NCBI GenBank assembly: GCA_963755125.1
Contig: CAVWIP010000017.1
Span: forward strand, 256,001-320,000
Direction of reading: 5' to 3'
Source: an uncultured delta proteobacterium
GTDB lineage: Bacteria; Myxococcota_A; Polyangia; Fen-1088
DNA length: 64,000 bases
The stretch's first letter is position 1; each line of letters opens with the position of its first letter. Positions 50,995 to 61,027 of the stretch are shown one piece after another. A program made the translations under genes and the position numbers. The notes beneath the pieces were generated by a model. That model was not told the origin of the DNA. It was given only the letters and a program-made list of their open reading frames with translations, and did not search any database.

Positions 50995-52433
50995 TGTGCC
51001 CCGGGTGGTTCGGTGTGGACGGTCACGCGTCCCAAGTTCGGGATTTGGCTGCGCAGGTACTGCTCGATGCGCTCGGTGAAGGCGTGCGCGTCCTTGATGG
51101 ACGTCGCGGCTGCCAGGGTGCAATGAAACGAGATCGCCAGCTCGTTTCCCGTGCGCCGGACGCTCAGGTCGTGCGCCCGGATTCCCAGTTGGGCCAGTTC
51201 TGGGAAGCGCAGCAAGGAGGCGCTGATCCGTTCGATTTCAGCCGGATCGGCGTTGCGAGCTGCGGCGCTTTCCCCGGCGGGCTCGATGTGGGTGATGACC
51301 TTGGCCAGGCCAGGCACAGTCGCCTGAAGGTCGTCTTCCAGGGCCGAAGCCCGACGGTGAGCTTCGCCCAGCGCCATGCTGTCGGCCATTTCCAGGTGCA
51401 GCTCCATGGTCGTGCGGCCGTCTTCCTCGAATACGCGGATGTCGTGCGCGGTCGAGCCGTGGCGCTCGGCCCGCCGGCGCGCTGTCGCTACCAGATCGTC
51501 GGTGGAGATCGGGCCCGGCTCCACGTGCACCACAACGTCGGCGCGCGTGAACTGTGCCTTGATGGCGGCCTCGGCCCGATCGGCGATCTCGTGGCTGCGC
51601 TCCAGCGACTCGCCGGGATCGAGAACCAAGGCCAGGTCCACGAAAAGAGCGGGCCCGCTGCGGCGCACGCGCACGTGCCTGACCTCGCGCACGTCGGTGA
51701 CCTTGGCCGCGGCCGCGATGCGCCGGCCCAGATCAGGGGACACCGAATCCAACAAGTCGTCGACCGCTTTGCGGCCCAGTTGCAGGCTGATCCAGACCAC
51801 GACGCCCGCAACCCCGAGCGCTGCGACGGCATCGGCCTTGGCCAGCCAGGGCATGCCCAGCCCCTGCGCGGTACGGACGCCCAATAGGCCGGCCAGCACG
51901 ACCAGCGACGACCAGATGTCGGTGGAAAAGTGCAGGGCGTCCGCCTCCAGGGCTTGGCTCTCGAACTTCTTGGCCACCCGCATGAGCGCGCGCGAGCGGG
52001 AGTAGTCGATGGCGATCGACAAGATGACGACCAGAAACGCCCACAGGTTGGCGTCGACGTGGATGGGGACACGAAAGAAGAGACGCTCGATCGCCTCCCG
52101 GATGATCCAGACGCAGGTGCCCAGCAGCAGCACGGTCTCGAACAGCGCCGACAGGTTCTCGATCTTGCCGTGGCCGTAGGCGTGCTCGGCGTCGGCCGGT
52201 CGGCCGGAGACCCGCACCGCCCACAGCGTGACCCCGGCCGCGGCCAGATCCAGGCCCGAGTGCATGGCCTCGGCCACGATACCCAGGCTGCCTGTCCACA
52301 GGCCCACCACGACCTTGGTGCCGGTCAAAAGCAGTGCAGCCAGAACCGAGTAGAGCGCCACCGACCGCTTCTCGCCGTCGGTTGTGGCCGGCCCGTGGGC
52401 GCCCCCGTGCAGGTGATGGTGATGGCCGTGCAT
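50991..52433 (-). CDS. Cation diffusion facilitator with His-rich N-terminus and three C-terminal dimerisation domains
   Basis: AEAMHSGLD, HAYGHGKIENL, ADALHFSTD; three segments ending VHVEP / THIEP / VHTEP; starts MHGHHHHLHG. Confidence 0.92.
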   Translation of the reverse strand: MHGHHHHLHGGAHGPATTDGEKRSVALYSVLAALLLTGTKVVVGLWTGSLGIVAEAMHSGLDLAAAGVTLWAVRVSGRPADAEHAYGHGKIENLSALFETVLLLGTCVWIIREAIERLFFRVPIHVDANLWAFLVVILSIAIDYSRSRALMRVAKKFESQALEADALHFSTDIWSSLVVLAGLLGVRTAQGLGMPWLAKADAVAALGVAGVVVWISLQLGRKAVDDLLDSVSPDLGRRIAAAAKVTDVREVRHVRVRRSGPALFVDLALVLDPGESLERSHEIADRAEAAIKAQFTRADVVVHVEPGPISTDDLVATARRRAERHGSTAHDIRVFEEDGRTTMELHLEMADSMALGEAHRRASALEDDLQATVPGLAKVITHIEPAGESAAARNADPAEIERISASLLRFPELAQLGIRAHDLSVRRTGNELAISFHCTLAAATSIKDAHAFTERIEQYLRSQIPNLGRVTVHTEPPGAH

Positions 52434-52648
52434 GTGTCCCGCCAACGTGGAAGCCAACAAGTGTAGCCCGGCTGGTCGCCGCGGGACACTCCTGAGATCG
52501 CGACCCAGAATCTCAGGATCGCAAGATCGCAGGTCCCACGTTCAAAGCACTTGCCAGCCGCGCGGCAAGGCTATACTCAGGGCCGTCTTCTTGCGGCCGA
52601 CGGGTTGGTCCGGCGCTCCCCGCCAGCCGTTCTAGCAAAGCCCTTATC

Positions 52649-55285
52649 ATGCGAAATCCCTTTTCCCTTCCGTCTATCTTGCCCAAACGGCTGGGCCTGC
52701 CTGGACGCAACAGCGTGGCCGCCGGTCTGTCACAGCAGTTGGCCAGCGCGGCGACTTGTGAAGGGGACAAGCTGGTGGCCGATCTGGGCTCGTCAGCCAC
52801 CGGGCTCTCCGTGGAGGAGGTCGAGCGCCGACTGGAGCAGTACGGACCCAACGCCGTGGCGCAGGAGGAACGGCATACCTATCGCGACATTTTGGTCAAG
52901 GCGCTGCTCAACCCGCTGGTCATCCTGTTGTCGTTGCTGGCGGTGGTTTCCGCGCTGACCGGTGATTTGCGGGCTGCCATCGTCATGGTGATGATGGTGG
53001 TTCTGGGCGTGGCGTTGCGTTTCGTTCAGGAGGCGAGGGCGGACACTGCGGCGGCCAAGCTGAAGGCCATGATTCGCGTCACCGCCACCGCGATCCGCGG
53101 CGGCGAGGTGCGCGAGGTTCCCCTGTCCGAGCTGGTGCCGGGCGACATCGTGCGCCTGTCGGCCGGCGACATGATCCCGGCTGACCTTCGCCTGCTTTCC
53201 AGCAAGGACGTGTTCATCATCCAGGCCAGCCTCACCGGCGAATCCCTGCCGGTGGAGAAGTTCGACGCGCGCGAGACGGTCGCGCCATCCTCGCCGCTGG
53301 AATGGAAGAACATCTGCTTTCTCGGCACCAGCGTCGAGAGCGGCACGGCCACCGGCGTGGTGGTGGGCACCGGCGCGCGCACCTACCTGGGCAGCATCGC
53401 CAAGGCCATCGTGGGCCAGCGGGTGCAGACCAGCTTCGACAAAGGGGTGGCCCGCTTCACCTGGTTGATGATCCGTTTCATGGTGGTGATGGTGCCGTTG
53501 GTCTTCCTCATCAACGGGTTCACCAAGCACAACTGGCACGAGGCTTTCTTCTTCGCCCTGGCCGTGGCAGTGGGCATGACGCCCGAGATGCTGCCCATGA
53601 TCGTGACGGTGTGCCTGTCCAAAGGCGCCATCGCCATGTCGAGGAAGAAGGTCATCGTCAAGCGGCTCAACTCCATCCAGAACCTCGGCGCCATGGACGT
53701 TTTGTGCACGGACAAGACTGGCACGCTGACCATGGACCGGGTGGTGCTGGAACGGCACTGCGACGTGGAACTGGAAGAGGACGACGAGGTTTTGATGCTG
53801 GCCTACCTCAACAGCCACTTCCAGACGGGCCTGCGCAACGTCCTCGATCGCGCGGTGCTGGCGCACAAGGAAGAGATTCACGATCAGTTCCACGTTCCTG
53901 AGCATCGCAAGTTGGACGAGATCCCCTTCGATTTCGCGCGCCGGTTGATGTCGGTCGTGGTGGAGACGCCCGAGGGGCAGCCGCGCCTGATCTGCAAGGG
54001 CGCGCCCGAGGAGATCTTCAATCGCTGCACGAATTTTGAGTATCAGGGCGAGGTCATGCCCATGGAACGGGTACTCATCGAGGATCTGAAGGAAGAGTAC
54101 CGGCGTTTGTCCAGCGACGGTTTTCGCGTGCTGGCCATTGCCTACCGCGATCTGGAGCGCAAGCCTGCCTATTCCAAGGCCGACGAATGCAATCTGGTGC
54201 TGCGCGGCTACGTGGCCTTCTTCGATCCTCCCAAGGACACCACCGCACCCGCGGTAGTGGCGCTCGGCCAGCACGGGGTCGCGGTCAAGGTCCTGACCGG
54301 TGACAACGAGCTGGTGAGCAAGAAGATCTGCCGCGAGGTCGGCATCCCCACCGAACACGTGTTGCTGGGCTCGCAGATCGAGGCCATGAGCGACGCGGAG
54401 CTGGCTGGCGTGGTGGAACGGACCACGCTGTTCGCGCGCCTGGCTCCCACCCACAAGCAACGCATCATCGCCGCCCTGCAGAGCAGGAAGCATGTGGTGG
54501 GCTTCCTGGGCGACGGCATCAACGATGCGCCGGCGCTGCGCGCCGCCGACGTCGGGATCTCGGTGGATTCCGCGGTCGACATCGCCAAGGAATCGGCCGA
54601 CCTCGTGCTGCTGGAGAAGAGCCTGCTGGTGCTGGAAGACGGCCTGCTGGAAGGGCGCAAGGTCTTCGCCAACATCCTCAAGTACATCCGGATGGGCGCC
54701 AGTTCCAGCTTCGGCAACATGTTCAGCGTGGTGGGTGCCAGCGCTTTTCTGCCCTATGTGCCCATGGCCCCCATCCAGATCCTGACCAACAACCTCCTCT
54801 ACGATTTTTCCCAGGTGGCCATCCCCACCGATGACGTCGACCCGGAGCAGATCGCGCGGCCGCGTCCCTGGTCGATGAACGAGATCACGCGCTTCATTCT
54901 TTTCATCGGGCCGTGCAGCTCGCTCTTTGACTACACCACGTACCTCATCATGCTTTACGTGTTCAAGGCGTGGGATCCCAGCCAGGCTCACCTGTTCCAG
55001 ACCGGGTGGTTCGTCGAGTCGCTGCTCACCCAGACCCTCATCATTCACGTCATCCGTACCAACAAGTTCCCGTTCCTGCAAAGCCGGGCGAGTTGGCCAC
55101 TCACGGCGACCACGGTGCTGGTCATGGCCGTCGGCCTCCTGCTTCCCTTCTCACCTATCGCTGGCGCGCTAGGATTCGTGGGATTGCCTCGCCTATACTG
55201 GCTCTTTCTCTTCATGACGCTCGCGTGCTACGTGGCGCTTACCCAGGTGGTCAAAGCATGGCTGCTGAAGAAGGCTTGGGCGTGA
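52649..55285 (+). CDS. mgtA: Magnesium-translocating P-type ATPase
   Basis: LTGES, TPEMLPMIV, DKTGTLT, KGAPEE, GDGINDAP, SSFGNMFSV, FQTGWFVES. Confidence 0.95.
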   Translation: MRNPFSLPSILPKRLGLPGRNSVAAGLSQQLASAATCEGDKLVADLGSSATGLSVEEVERRLEQYGPNAVAQEERHTYRDILVKALLNPLVILLSLLAVVSALTGDLRAAIVMVMMVVLGVALRFVQEARADTAAAKLKAMIRVTATAIRGGEVREVPLSELVPGDIVRLSAGDMIPADLRLLSSKDVFIIQASLTGESLPVEKFDARETVAPSSPLEWKNICFLGTSVESGTATGVVVGTGARTYLGSIAKAIVGQRVQTSFDKGVARFTWLMIRFMVVMVPLVFLINGFTKHNWHEAFFFALAVAVGMTPEMLPMIVTVCLSKGAIAMSRKKVIVKRLNSIQNLGAMDVLCTDKTGTLTMDRVVLERHCDVELEEDDEVLMLAYLNSHFQTGLRNVLDRAVLAHKEEIHDQFHVPEHRKLDEIPFDFARRLMSVVVETPEGQPRLICKGAPEEIFNRCTNFEYQGEVMPMERVLIEDLKEEYRRLSSDGFRVLAIAYRDLERKPAYSKADECNLVLRGYVAFFDPPKDTTAPAVVALGQHGVAVKVLTGDNELVSKKICREVGIPTEHVLLGSQIEAMSDAELAGVVERTTLFARLAPTHKQRIIAALQSRKHVVGFLGDGINDAPALRAADVGISVDSAVDIAKESADLVLLEKSLLVLEDGLLEGRKVFANILKYIRMGASSSFGNMFSVVGASAFLPYVPMAPIQILTNNLLYDFSQVAIPTDDVDPEQIARPRPWSMNEITRFILFIGPCSSLFDYTTYLIMLYVFKAWDPSQAHLFQTGWFVESLLTQTLIIHVIRTNKFPFLQSRASWPLTATTVLVMAVGLLLPFSPIAGALGFVGLPRLYWLFLFMTLACYVALTQVVKAWLLKKAWA

Positions 55286-55318
55286 TGCTGGTCCGAGAAC
55301 ACCGCTTGAGGCTGGGCT

Positions 55319-56089
55319 TTGCGCAGGGATGACCTATTCGCAGCACCCAACCCGGCAAGCCCCTCGCCAGAGGGAACCCCAGCCGCTTCGACGCCGTCGC
55401 GGACGACCGTGGTGTCGCGTAATGCCCTTTGGCTGCGCCGTTTCTTCTTGATCTTCGGCGCCGCCCTGCTGATGGCCATCGCCTTCAACATCTACATGAC
55501 CCGGCGCCTGGATGTCGAGGCCACGGCCGGCAAGGAACAGGAGCCAGTCGCTAGCGGATCGGTCTTGCCGCCGGCCGATCAGGCTCGGCTGCCACAGGAT
55601 TCACCGGCCCGCGTCGCCAACTCGGCGCCGGCCGTGACGGTGTCGCCGGGCGTTCCGCCTGCCGCACGGCTTTCCCGCGGAACTGAGCCGTCTGGGTCGA
55701 CGGCACCACTCGCCCGACTCTCCCGCCCGGCGGTTACGACCATCGCAGCGCCAGCATCCACAGCCCCGGCTGCCAGCGACCTACCGGCCGACAGGATGCG
55801 GCCGCGCGCTGCCGGAGATGGGAAAAAGGCTCTCTCCGAGGCCCGCGCGGCCTTTGAACGTGACGATTTCTCGCGAGCCATCCTGGAGGGCCGGGCTGCG
55901 CTGGCGGCGGGAGAAGGGGGCGCTCACGCCATTCTGGGCGCTGCCTACTTCAAGCTCGGCCGTTTCGAGGACGCCGTGCGGGAGTATGGCGAGGCCCTGC
56001 GTCTGGACCCTGCCAACCCCGTCCTGGCCAGGCGCGTGGAGATCGCCCGCAGGGCTGCCAGCCGCCGTGCGGAGGGCGGGTCGCCGTAG
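55319..56089 (+). CDS. Membrane-anchored protein with Pro/Ala linker and C-terminal TPR
   Basis: TM FFLIFGAALLMAIAF; TPR AHAILGAAYFKLGRFEDAVREYGEALRLDP. Start uncertain (TTG). Confidence 0.7.
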   Translation: MRRDDLFAAPNPASPSPEGTPAASTPSRTTVVSRNALWLRRFFLIFGAALLMAIAFNIYMTRRLDVEATAGKEQEPVASGSVLPPADQARLPQDSPARVANSAPAVTVSPGVPPAARLSRGTEPSGSTAPLARLSRPAVTTIAAPASTAPAASDLPADRMRPRAAGDGKKALSEARAAFERDDFSRAILEGRAALAAGEGGAHAILGAAYFKLGRFEDAVREYGEALRLDPANPVLARRVEIARRAASRRAEGGSP

Positions 56090-56103
56090 TATCGTTTCAT
56101 CGC

Positions 56104-56730
56104 ATGGCCCTCGTCACATCGTCCGTGGTCGTTGTCTCCGGGCCTCATCCAGATGCCGAGGCGCTGGATCGGCGGCTTGCCGAGATGCGCTTCCGATTTC
56201 CCCGCGCCGTCATCGATCGCTATCTGGACCGGGTGCCGTCGGCCGCGCAGGGCACCTTCATCGCGCCAGGCGCCGCAGTGGTGGCCGATGTCCGTCTGGG
56301 CCTGGGCGTGTCGGTCTGGTACGGTGCGGTCCTGCGCGGTGATATCGCGTCCGTCATCATCGGTGATCGCAGCAACGTGCAGGATGGAACCGTCATCCAT
56401 GTGGCGGACGACGGCCCCTGCCTGGTGGGCGCCGACGTGGTGATCGGTCATCGGGCCATGCTTCACGCCTGCCGGGTGGAGGATGCGTGTCTCATCGGCA
56501 TGCAGGCCACGGTACTCGACGATTCGGTCATCGGATTCGGTTCCGTCGTGGGAGCCGGGGCGGTGGTCACGCCGCGCACCATCATTCCGCCGCACAGCCT
56601 CGTGCTCGGCGTGCCGGCCAAGGTCGTGCGCACGCTCGACCCGGCGGCTGCTGACGAGCACCGCGCGCTGGCCGGCAAATACCTACGCCTCACCGAGAAC
56701 TACTTGCGCGACAGTTTGCGACGTGGCTAG
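56104..56730 (+). CDS. Gamma-carbonic-anhydrase family protein
   Basis: SVWYGAVLRGD, SNVQDGTVIH, IGHRAMLHAC hexapeptide repeats. Confidence 0.93.
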   Translation: MALVTSSVVVVSGPHPDAEALDRRLAEMRFRFPRAVIDRYLDRVPSAAQGTFIAPGAAVVADVRLGLGVSVWYGAVLRGDIASVIIGDRSNVQDGTVIHVADDGPCLVGADVVIGHRAMLHACRVEDACLIGMQATVLDDSVIGFGSVVGAGAVVTPRTIIPPHSLVLGVPAKVVRTLDPAAADEHRALAGKYLRLTENYLRDSLRRG

Positions 56731-56740
56731 CTAGCCCACC

Positions 56741-57893
56741 ATGGAAATCGGCCCCATCCGCGACCGCATCGAGAAGCTGGCACGCCGCTTGGAGATTCTC
56801 CGGGGGCATCTTTGACATCGACGGCAAGCGCTCCCGCATAGCCGAGCTCGATGGCGAGGCTTCCCAACCTGACTTCTGGAACGCGAACGAGCGGGCCCAG
56901 GCCGTGCTGCGCGAACAGGCGCGGCTGAAGGCAGCCGTGGAAGGATTCGACATACAGGTACGCGCCTTGGACGACGGCCGGGTCCTGGTGGATCTGGCCG
57001 ACGAAGCCAAGGACGAGATCACGGCGGACGAGGCCATAGCCGTTCTCACCACGATCGAGGACGCCGTCGGCAAGATGGAATTCGCCCGCATGCTCTCCGG
57101 GCCCTACGACCGGCAGGGCGCTATCGTGAGCATCAACGCTGGCGCTGGCGGCACCGAGTCGCAGGACTGGGCCGAGATGCTGCAACGGATGTACACGCGC
57201 TGGGTGGCGCGCCGGGGCTACAAGGCCGAACTGCTCGACGTGCAACCGGGCGACGAGGCTGGCATCAAGAGCGTCACCATGAGCGTCGAGGGCGAGTGGG
57301 CCTATGGCTACCTGCGCGCCGAATCGGGCGTGCACCGCCTGGTGCGCATTTCGCCCTTCGATGCCCAGGCGCGCCGGCACACGTCGTTCGCCAGCGTGTT
57401 CGTGTACCCCGACATCGATGAGACGGTGAAGGTCGACATCGACGAGAAAGATCTGCGCATTGAAACCATGCGCTCCGGCGGGGCGGGCGGCCAGCACGTC
57501 AACAAGACCGAGTCCGCCATTCGCATCACGCACATTCCGACGGGAATTGCGGTGCACTGCCAGCAGGAGCGTTCCCAGCACAAAAACCGATCCACGGCCA
57601 TGCGCATCCTGCGGTCCAAGTTGATCGAGGTCGAGCAGAAGAAGCTGGACGAGAAGATGGGCGGCATCCACGCGCAGAAGAAGTCGATCGAGTGGGGCAG
57701 CCAGATTCGCTCGTACGTGCTGGCGCCCTATCGGCTGGCCTCCGACCACCGCACCGGCCTCAAGGTGGGCAACGTGGATGCGGTTCTGGATGGCGATCTC
57801 GACCAGTTCATGGTCGCGTTGCTGCTGCAGATGGCTGGCGATCCATCGGCGAGACCCGTGCCCAAACCGGACGAGGACGACCTCGAAACCTAG
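56741..57893 (+). CDS. prfB: Peptide chain release factor 2 with programmed +1 frameshift
   Basis: ATG 56741, 24 codons to CTT TGA C (56810-56816), internal SD GGGGG 56802-56806; the +1 frame has GGTESQDW, SPF and GGQ. Confidence 0.97.
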
Positions 57894-57911
57894 ACTACGC
57901 GATGGTGAACC

Positions 57912-59462
57912 ATGTCTGACGAACGTGAATTGATCGCCGAACGGGAGCGCAAGGTCGCCGAGCTGCGCGCCGCCGGCCACAATCCCTACGCCAACGGCTT
58001 TCGCCCCGGATCTACGGCGCGCGACATTCACAAGTGGTTTGCAGAGGGGGCAGATCCCAAACATCCTCCTCAGGGCACTGACGAGAATGGCCGCGTGTCG
58101 GTGGCCGGTCGTATCGTCGCGATCCGCAGCTTCGGCAAGGCGGCCTTTGCCAAGCTTCGCGACCGCACCGGCGAAATCCAGGTCTGGGTCAAGCTGGATG
58201 TGGTGGGCGAGCCGGCCTTTGCTCTGTGGAAGCTGGTCGAGCGCGGGGATTTCGTCGGAGTCGAAGGAGCCACCAGCCTTCTCACCAAGACCAAGGCTGG
58301 CGAAGACAGCGTGGTCGCGGACCGCGTGCACATCCTCACCAAGGCGACACGCCCCTTGCCCGAGAAATGGCACGGCCTGCAGGACATGGAGATCCGCTAT
58401 CGCCAGCGCTACGTGGATCTGGTGGCCAATCCCGAGGTGATGGAGGTGTTTCGCAAGCGCACCCGGATCGTGCGCCACTTGCGCCGATTCCTCGACGAGC
58501 GTGACTTCATCGAGGTGGAAACCCCGATGATGCACACCGTTCTCGGCGGCGCGGCGGCGCGGCCCTTTCGTACGCACCACAACGCGCTCGCGCTCGATCT
58601 CACCCTGCGCATTGCGCCCGAGTTGCACCTCAAGCGCCTGGTGGTGGGAGGATTCGATCGGGTCTACGAGATCGGTCGCAACTTCCGCAACGAGGGGCTG
58701 TCGCGCCAGCACAACCCCGAATTCACCATGCTGGAATTCTATCAGGCCTACGCGACCTACGAGGATCTGATGCTGTTGACCCGGCAGCTGCTCAGCGAGT
58801 TGTCCCGCGAAATCTGCGGCGGCACGCGCATCAGCTACCAGGGCCAGGTGGTCGACCTGGGCCAGTGGGAGCGCATTCCCATGAAGGACGCCATCGTCGC
58901 GGCAGTGGCCAGCGGCAGGCTCCCCCAGGGGCTGGAACGGCCCATGCTCGACGACGAGGCCGCCTTGCTGGGCTGGGTGGACGGCTCGGGCGTGCTCGAT
59001 CGCAAGGACGAGCTCTCGGCGGTGCTGCCCAAGTGCGAGACCCACGGCCACCGGGTGGGTGCGCTGTTCGACTACGCAGGCGAGCAGGCGCTGCCCCAGG
59101 ATCGGCCCGTGTTCGTGGTCGATTATCCCGCGGAAACCTCGCCGCTCTCGCGACGCAACGACGCCGAGCCAGGCAAGGTGGACCGTTTCGAGTTGTTCAT
59201 CGTGGGGCGCGAGCACGCCAATGCGTTTTCCGAGCTGAACGACCCGGTGGACCAGCGGGCGCGTTTTCAGCGTCAGGTCGAGGCCAAGGCGCGCGGGGCG
59301 GAGGAGACCATGGACTACGACGAAGACTACTGCCGCGCCCTCGAGTACGGGCTGCCACCCACGGCAGGCGAGGGCATCGGCGTGGATCGCCTGGTCATGC
59401 TGCTCACCGACCAGCCCTCCATCCGCGACGTCATCCTGTTCCCCCTCATGAGGTCGGAATGA
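57912..59462 (+). CDS. lysS: Lysine--tRNA ligase (class II)
   Basis: RYRQRYVDL, EVETPMM, GGAAARPF, FRNEG, HNPEFTMLE, YGLPPTAGEGIGVDRL. Confidence 0.98.
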   Translation: MSDERELIAERERKVAELRAAGHNPYANGFRPGSTARDIHKWFAEGADPKHPPQGTDENGRVSVAGRIVAIRSFGKAAFAKLRDRTGEIQVWVKLDVVGEPAFALWKLVERGDFVGVEGATSLLTKTKAGEDSVVADRVHILTKATRPLPEKWHGLQDMEIRYRQRYVDLVANPEVMEVFRKRTRIVRHLRRFLDERDFIEVETPMMHTVLGGAAARPFRTHHNALALDLTLRIAPELHLKRLVVGGFDRVYEIGRNFRNEGLSRQHNPEFTMLEFYQAYATYEDLMLLTRQLLSELSREICGGTRISYQGQVVDLGQWERIPMKDAIVAAVASGRLPQGLERPMLDDEAALLGWVDGSGVLDRKDELSAVLPKCETHGHRVGALFDYAGEQALPQDRPVFVVDYPAETSPLSRRNDAEPGKVDRFELFIVGREHANAFSELNDPVDQRARFQRQVEAKARGAEETMDYDEDYCRALEYGLPPTAGEGIGVDRLVMLLTDQPSIRDVILFPLMRSE

Positions 59463-61027
59463 GCGACAAGGCTCGCACCGGGTTCGAATGGTTCGTGGCA
59501 TGGCGTCATCTGCGCGACCCTGAGCGTCGCTCGCGCCGGGCGCTGTACTTCGGCATCGCCGTTCTTCTCCTCGCCGCGCTCGATCTGACGGCGGTCAAGT
59601 TGTTTGGCCAGCCTGCGCGTTCTGCCTCGGGCCTGCTGGCGCCGGAGCCCTCGGTGATGTTCGAGCGACTCTGGATGGCGGGCGTGGTTGGGGCGATTGC
59701 GGGCGCGGTCGTCACCTTCATGGGCGTGCTGTTTGCTTCCTTCACCGTGTTCACGGCCATCTCGATCTTCGGCGTGTTCTTGGGCACGGCGGCGCCCATC
59801 CTGGCCCTCTCCGTGATGTCTGGGTTCGAGGTGGATCTGAAGACCAAGATCCGTGGAGCCAAGGCCGATGTCGTGATCACCACGGCGGACGATCGGCCTT
59901 TTCTCGATTGGCGCAAGGTTCGCCAGACGGTGCTGGGTGAGCCAGCGGTGGTGGGGGCCACTCCCTATCTGGAGGCCGAGGTCATGATCCGGGCCGGCTC
60001 AGCGCCCGCAGGAATCATGCTGCGCGGGATCGATCCCGAAACCGCGCGATCCGTGCTGGACTTGGGCCGTACCCTGCGTGAGGGCAGCGTCGACGACCTG
60101 GAGCACCCGGAGAAGGTCGCCGACGACCCGTTTGCCCATGAGACCGGTGAGCGCGAAGCCGGCGAGGATGAGACGGCACCGTCGCCCAAACTGGGCAGGA
60201 GGGCGCCGGCCGACGCGGTGGCTGCCGATGGAGTTCTGCCGTCGATCCTGCTGGGGGAAGAGCTTTTCGCACGCACCCTGCGCATCTTTCGTGGCAGCCA
60301 CGTCGATGTGGTCTGTCCACTGTGCAAGATTGGTCCCTCGGGCCCCATGCCGGGTCTTAAGGTGTTTCGCGCTGCCGGACACTTCTACAGCGGGATGTAC
60401 GAGTACGACTCCAAGCTGGCCTACGTGGCACTGGACGAGGCGCAAAGATTCCTGGGCGCGCCGGGCGAGGTGACGGGCATCGATCTGCGCACCCGTGGTC
60501 CCGATGCGGCTCCCGTGGTCGCGGCGGCGGTCCAGGCCGCCCTGGGCGACCGTTACGAGGTTCGCTCGTGGGAGGATCTCAACAAGGGGCTGTTCATGGC
60601 CCTGCGGTTGGAAAAGATCGCCATGTTCGTGGTGATGACTTTCATCGCGCTCGTGGCATCCTTCTCCATCATTTCGACACTCATCATGATGGCCACCCAG
60701 AAAGCGCGCGAGGTCGCCATTCTCAAGGCCATGGGTGCGGGCGACGGAGCCATCCGGCGGGTGTTCATCGCCGAGGGCGTGTACATCGGCCTGCTGGGCC
60801 TGGCGGTGGGCGTTCCCACCGGCGTTCTCGGGTGCAAGCTGATCGAGAAATACGGCCTGCCCCTGCCCACCGACGTCTACTACATCAGCAAACTCCCGGT
60901 GGTGATGCGGCCGAGCGAGATCCTGGTCCTCGCGGCCTCGGCCATGGCCCTGTGTTGTCTGGCCACCGTATATCCGGCGCTGCTGGCGTCACGCATGCGT
61001 CCCGTCGACGGGCTGAGGTACGAGTGA
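59459..61027 (+). CDS. Lipoprotein-releasing ABC permease (LolC/E family)
   Basis: [56 protein letters not shown] 59459 coupled to lysS. Confidence 0.92.
   Translation: MSDKARTGFEWFVAWRHLRDPERRSRRALYFGIAVLLLAALDLTAVKLFGQPARSASGLLAPEPSVMFERLWMAGVVGAIAGAVVTFMGVLFASFTVFTAISIFGVFLGTAAPILALSVMSGFEVDLKTKIRGAKADVVITTADDRPFLDWRKVRQTVLGEPAVVGATPYLEAEVMIRAGSAPAGIMLRGIDPETARSVLDLGRTLREGSVDDLEHPEKVADDPFAHETGEREAGEDETAPSPKLGRRAPADAVAADGVLPSILLGEELFARTLRIFRGSHVDVVCPLCKIGPSGPMPGLKVFRAAGHFYSGMYEYDSKLAYVALDEAQRFLGAPGEVTGIDLRTRGPDAAPVVAAAVQAALGDRYEVRSWEDLNKGLFMALRLEKIAMFVVMTFIALVASFSIISTLIMMATQKAREVAILKAMGAGDGAIRRVFIAEGVYIGLLGLAVGVPTGVLGCKLIEKYGLPLPTDVYYISKLPVVMRPSEILVLAASAMALCCLATVYPALLASRMRPVDGLRYE

Noticed and set aside
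52434..52648. M-box or NiCo riboswitch, or an MgtL-like leader peptide
   Set aside because: Only a short CAGCCGGGC resemblance to NiCo on the minus strand; the other conserved elements are absent. The leader after TATACT (52572) is too short for an M-box, and no Pro-rich leader ORF was seen.
56727..59501. 924-aa minus-strand ORF and similar long antisense ORFs (1140-2963, 14838-16805, 30113-32410, 52793-55081)
   Set aside because: They shadow well-supported genes. High GC3 bias suppresses antisense stops, and they have no recognisable motifs.
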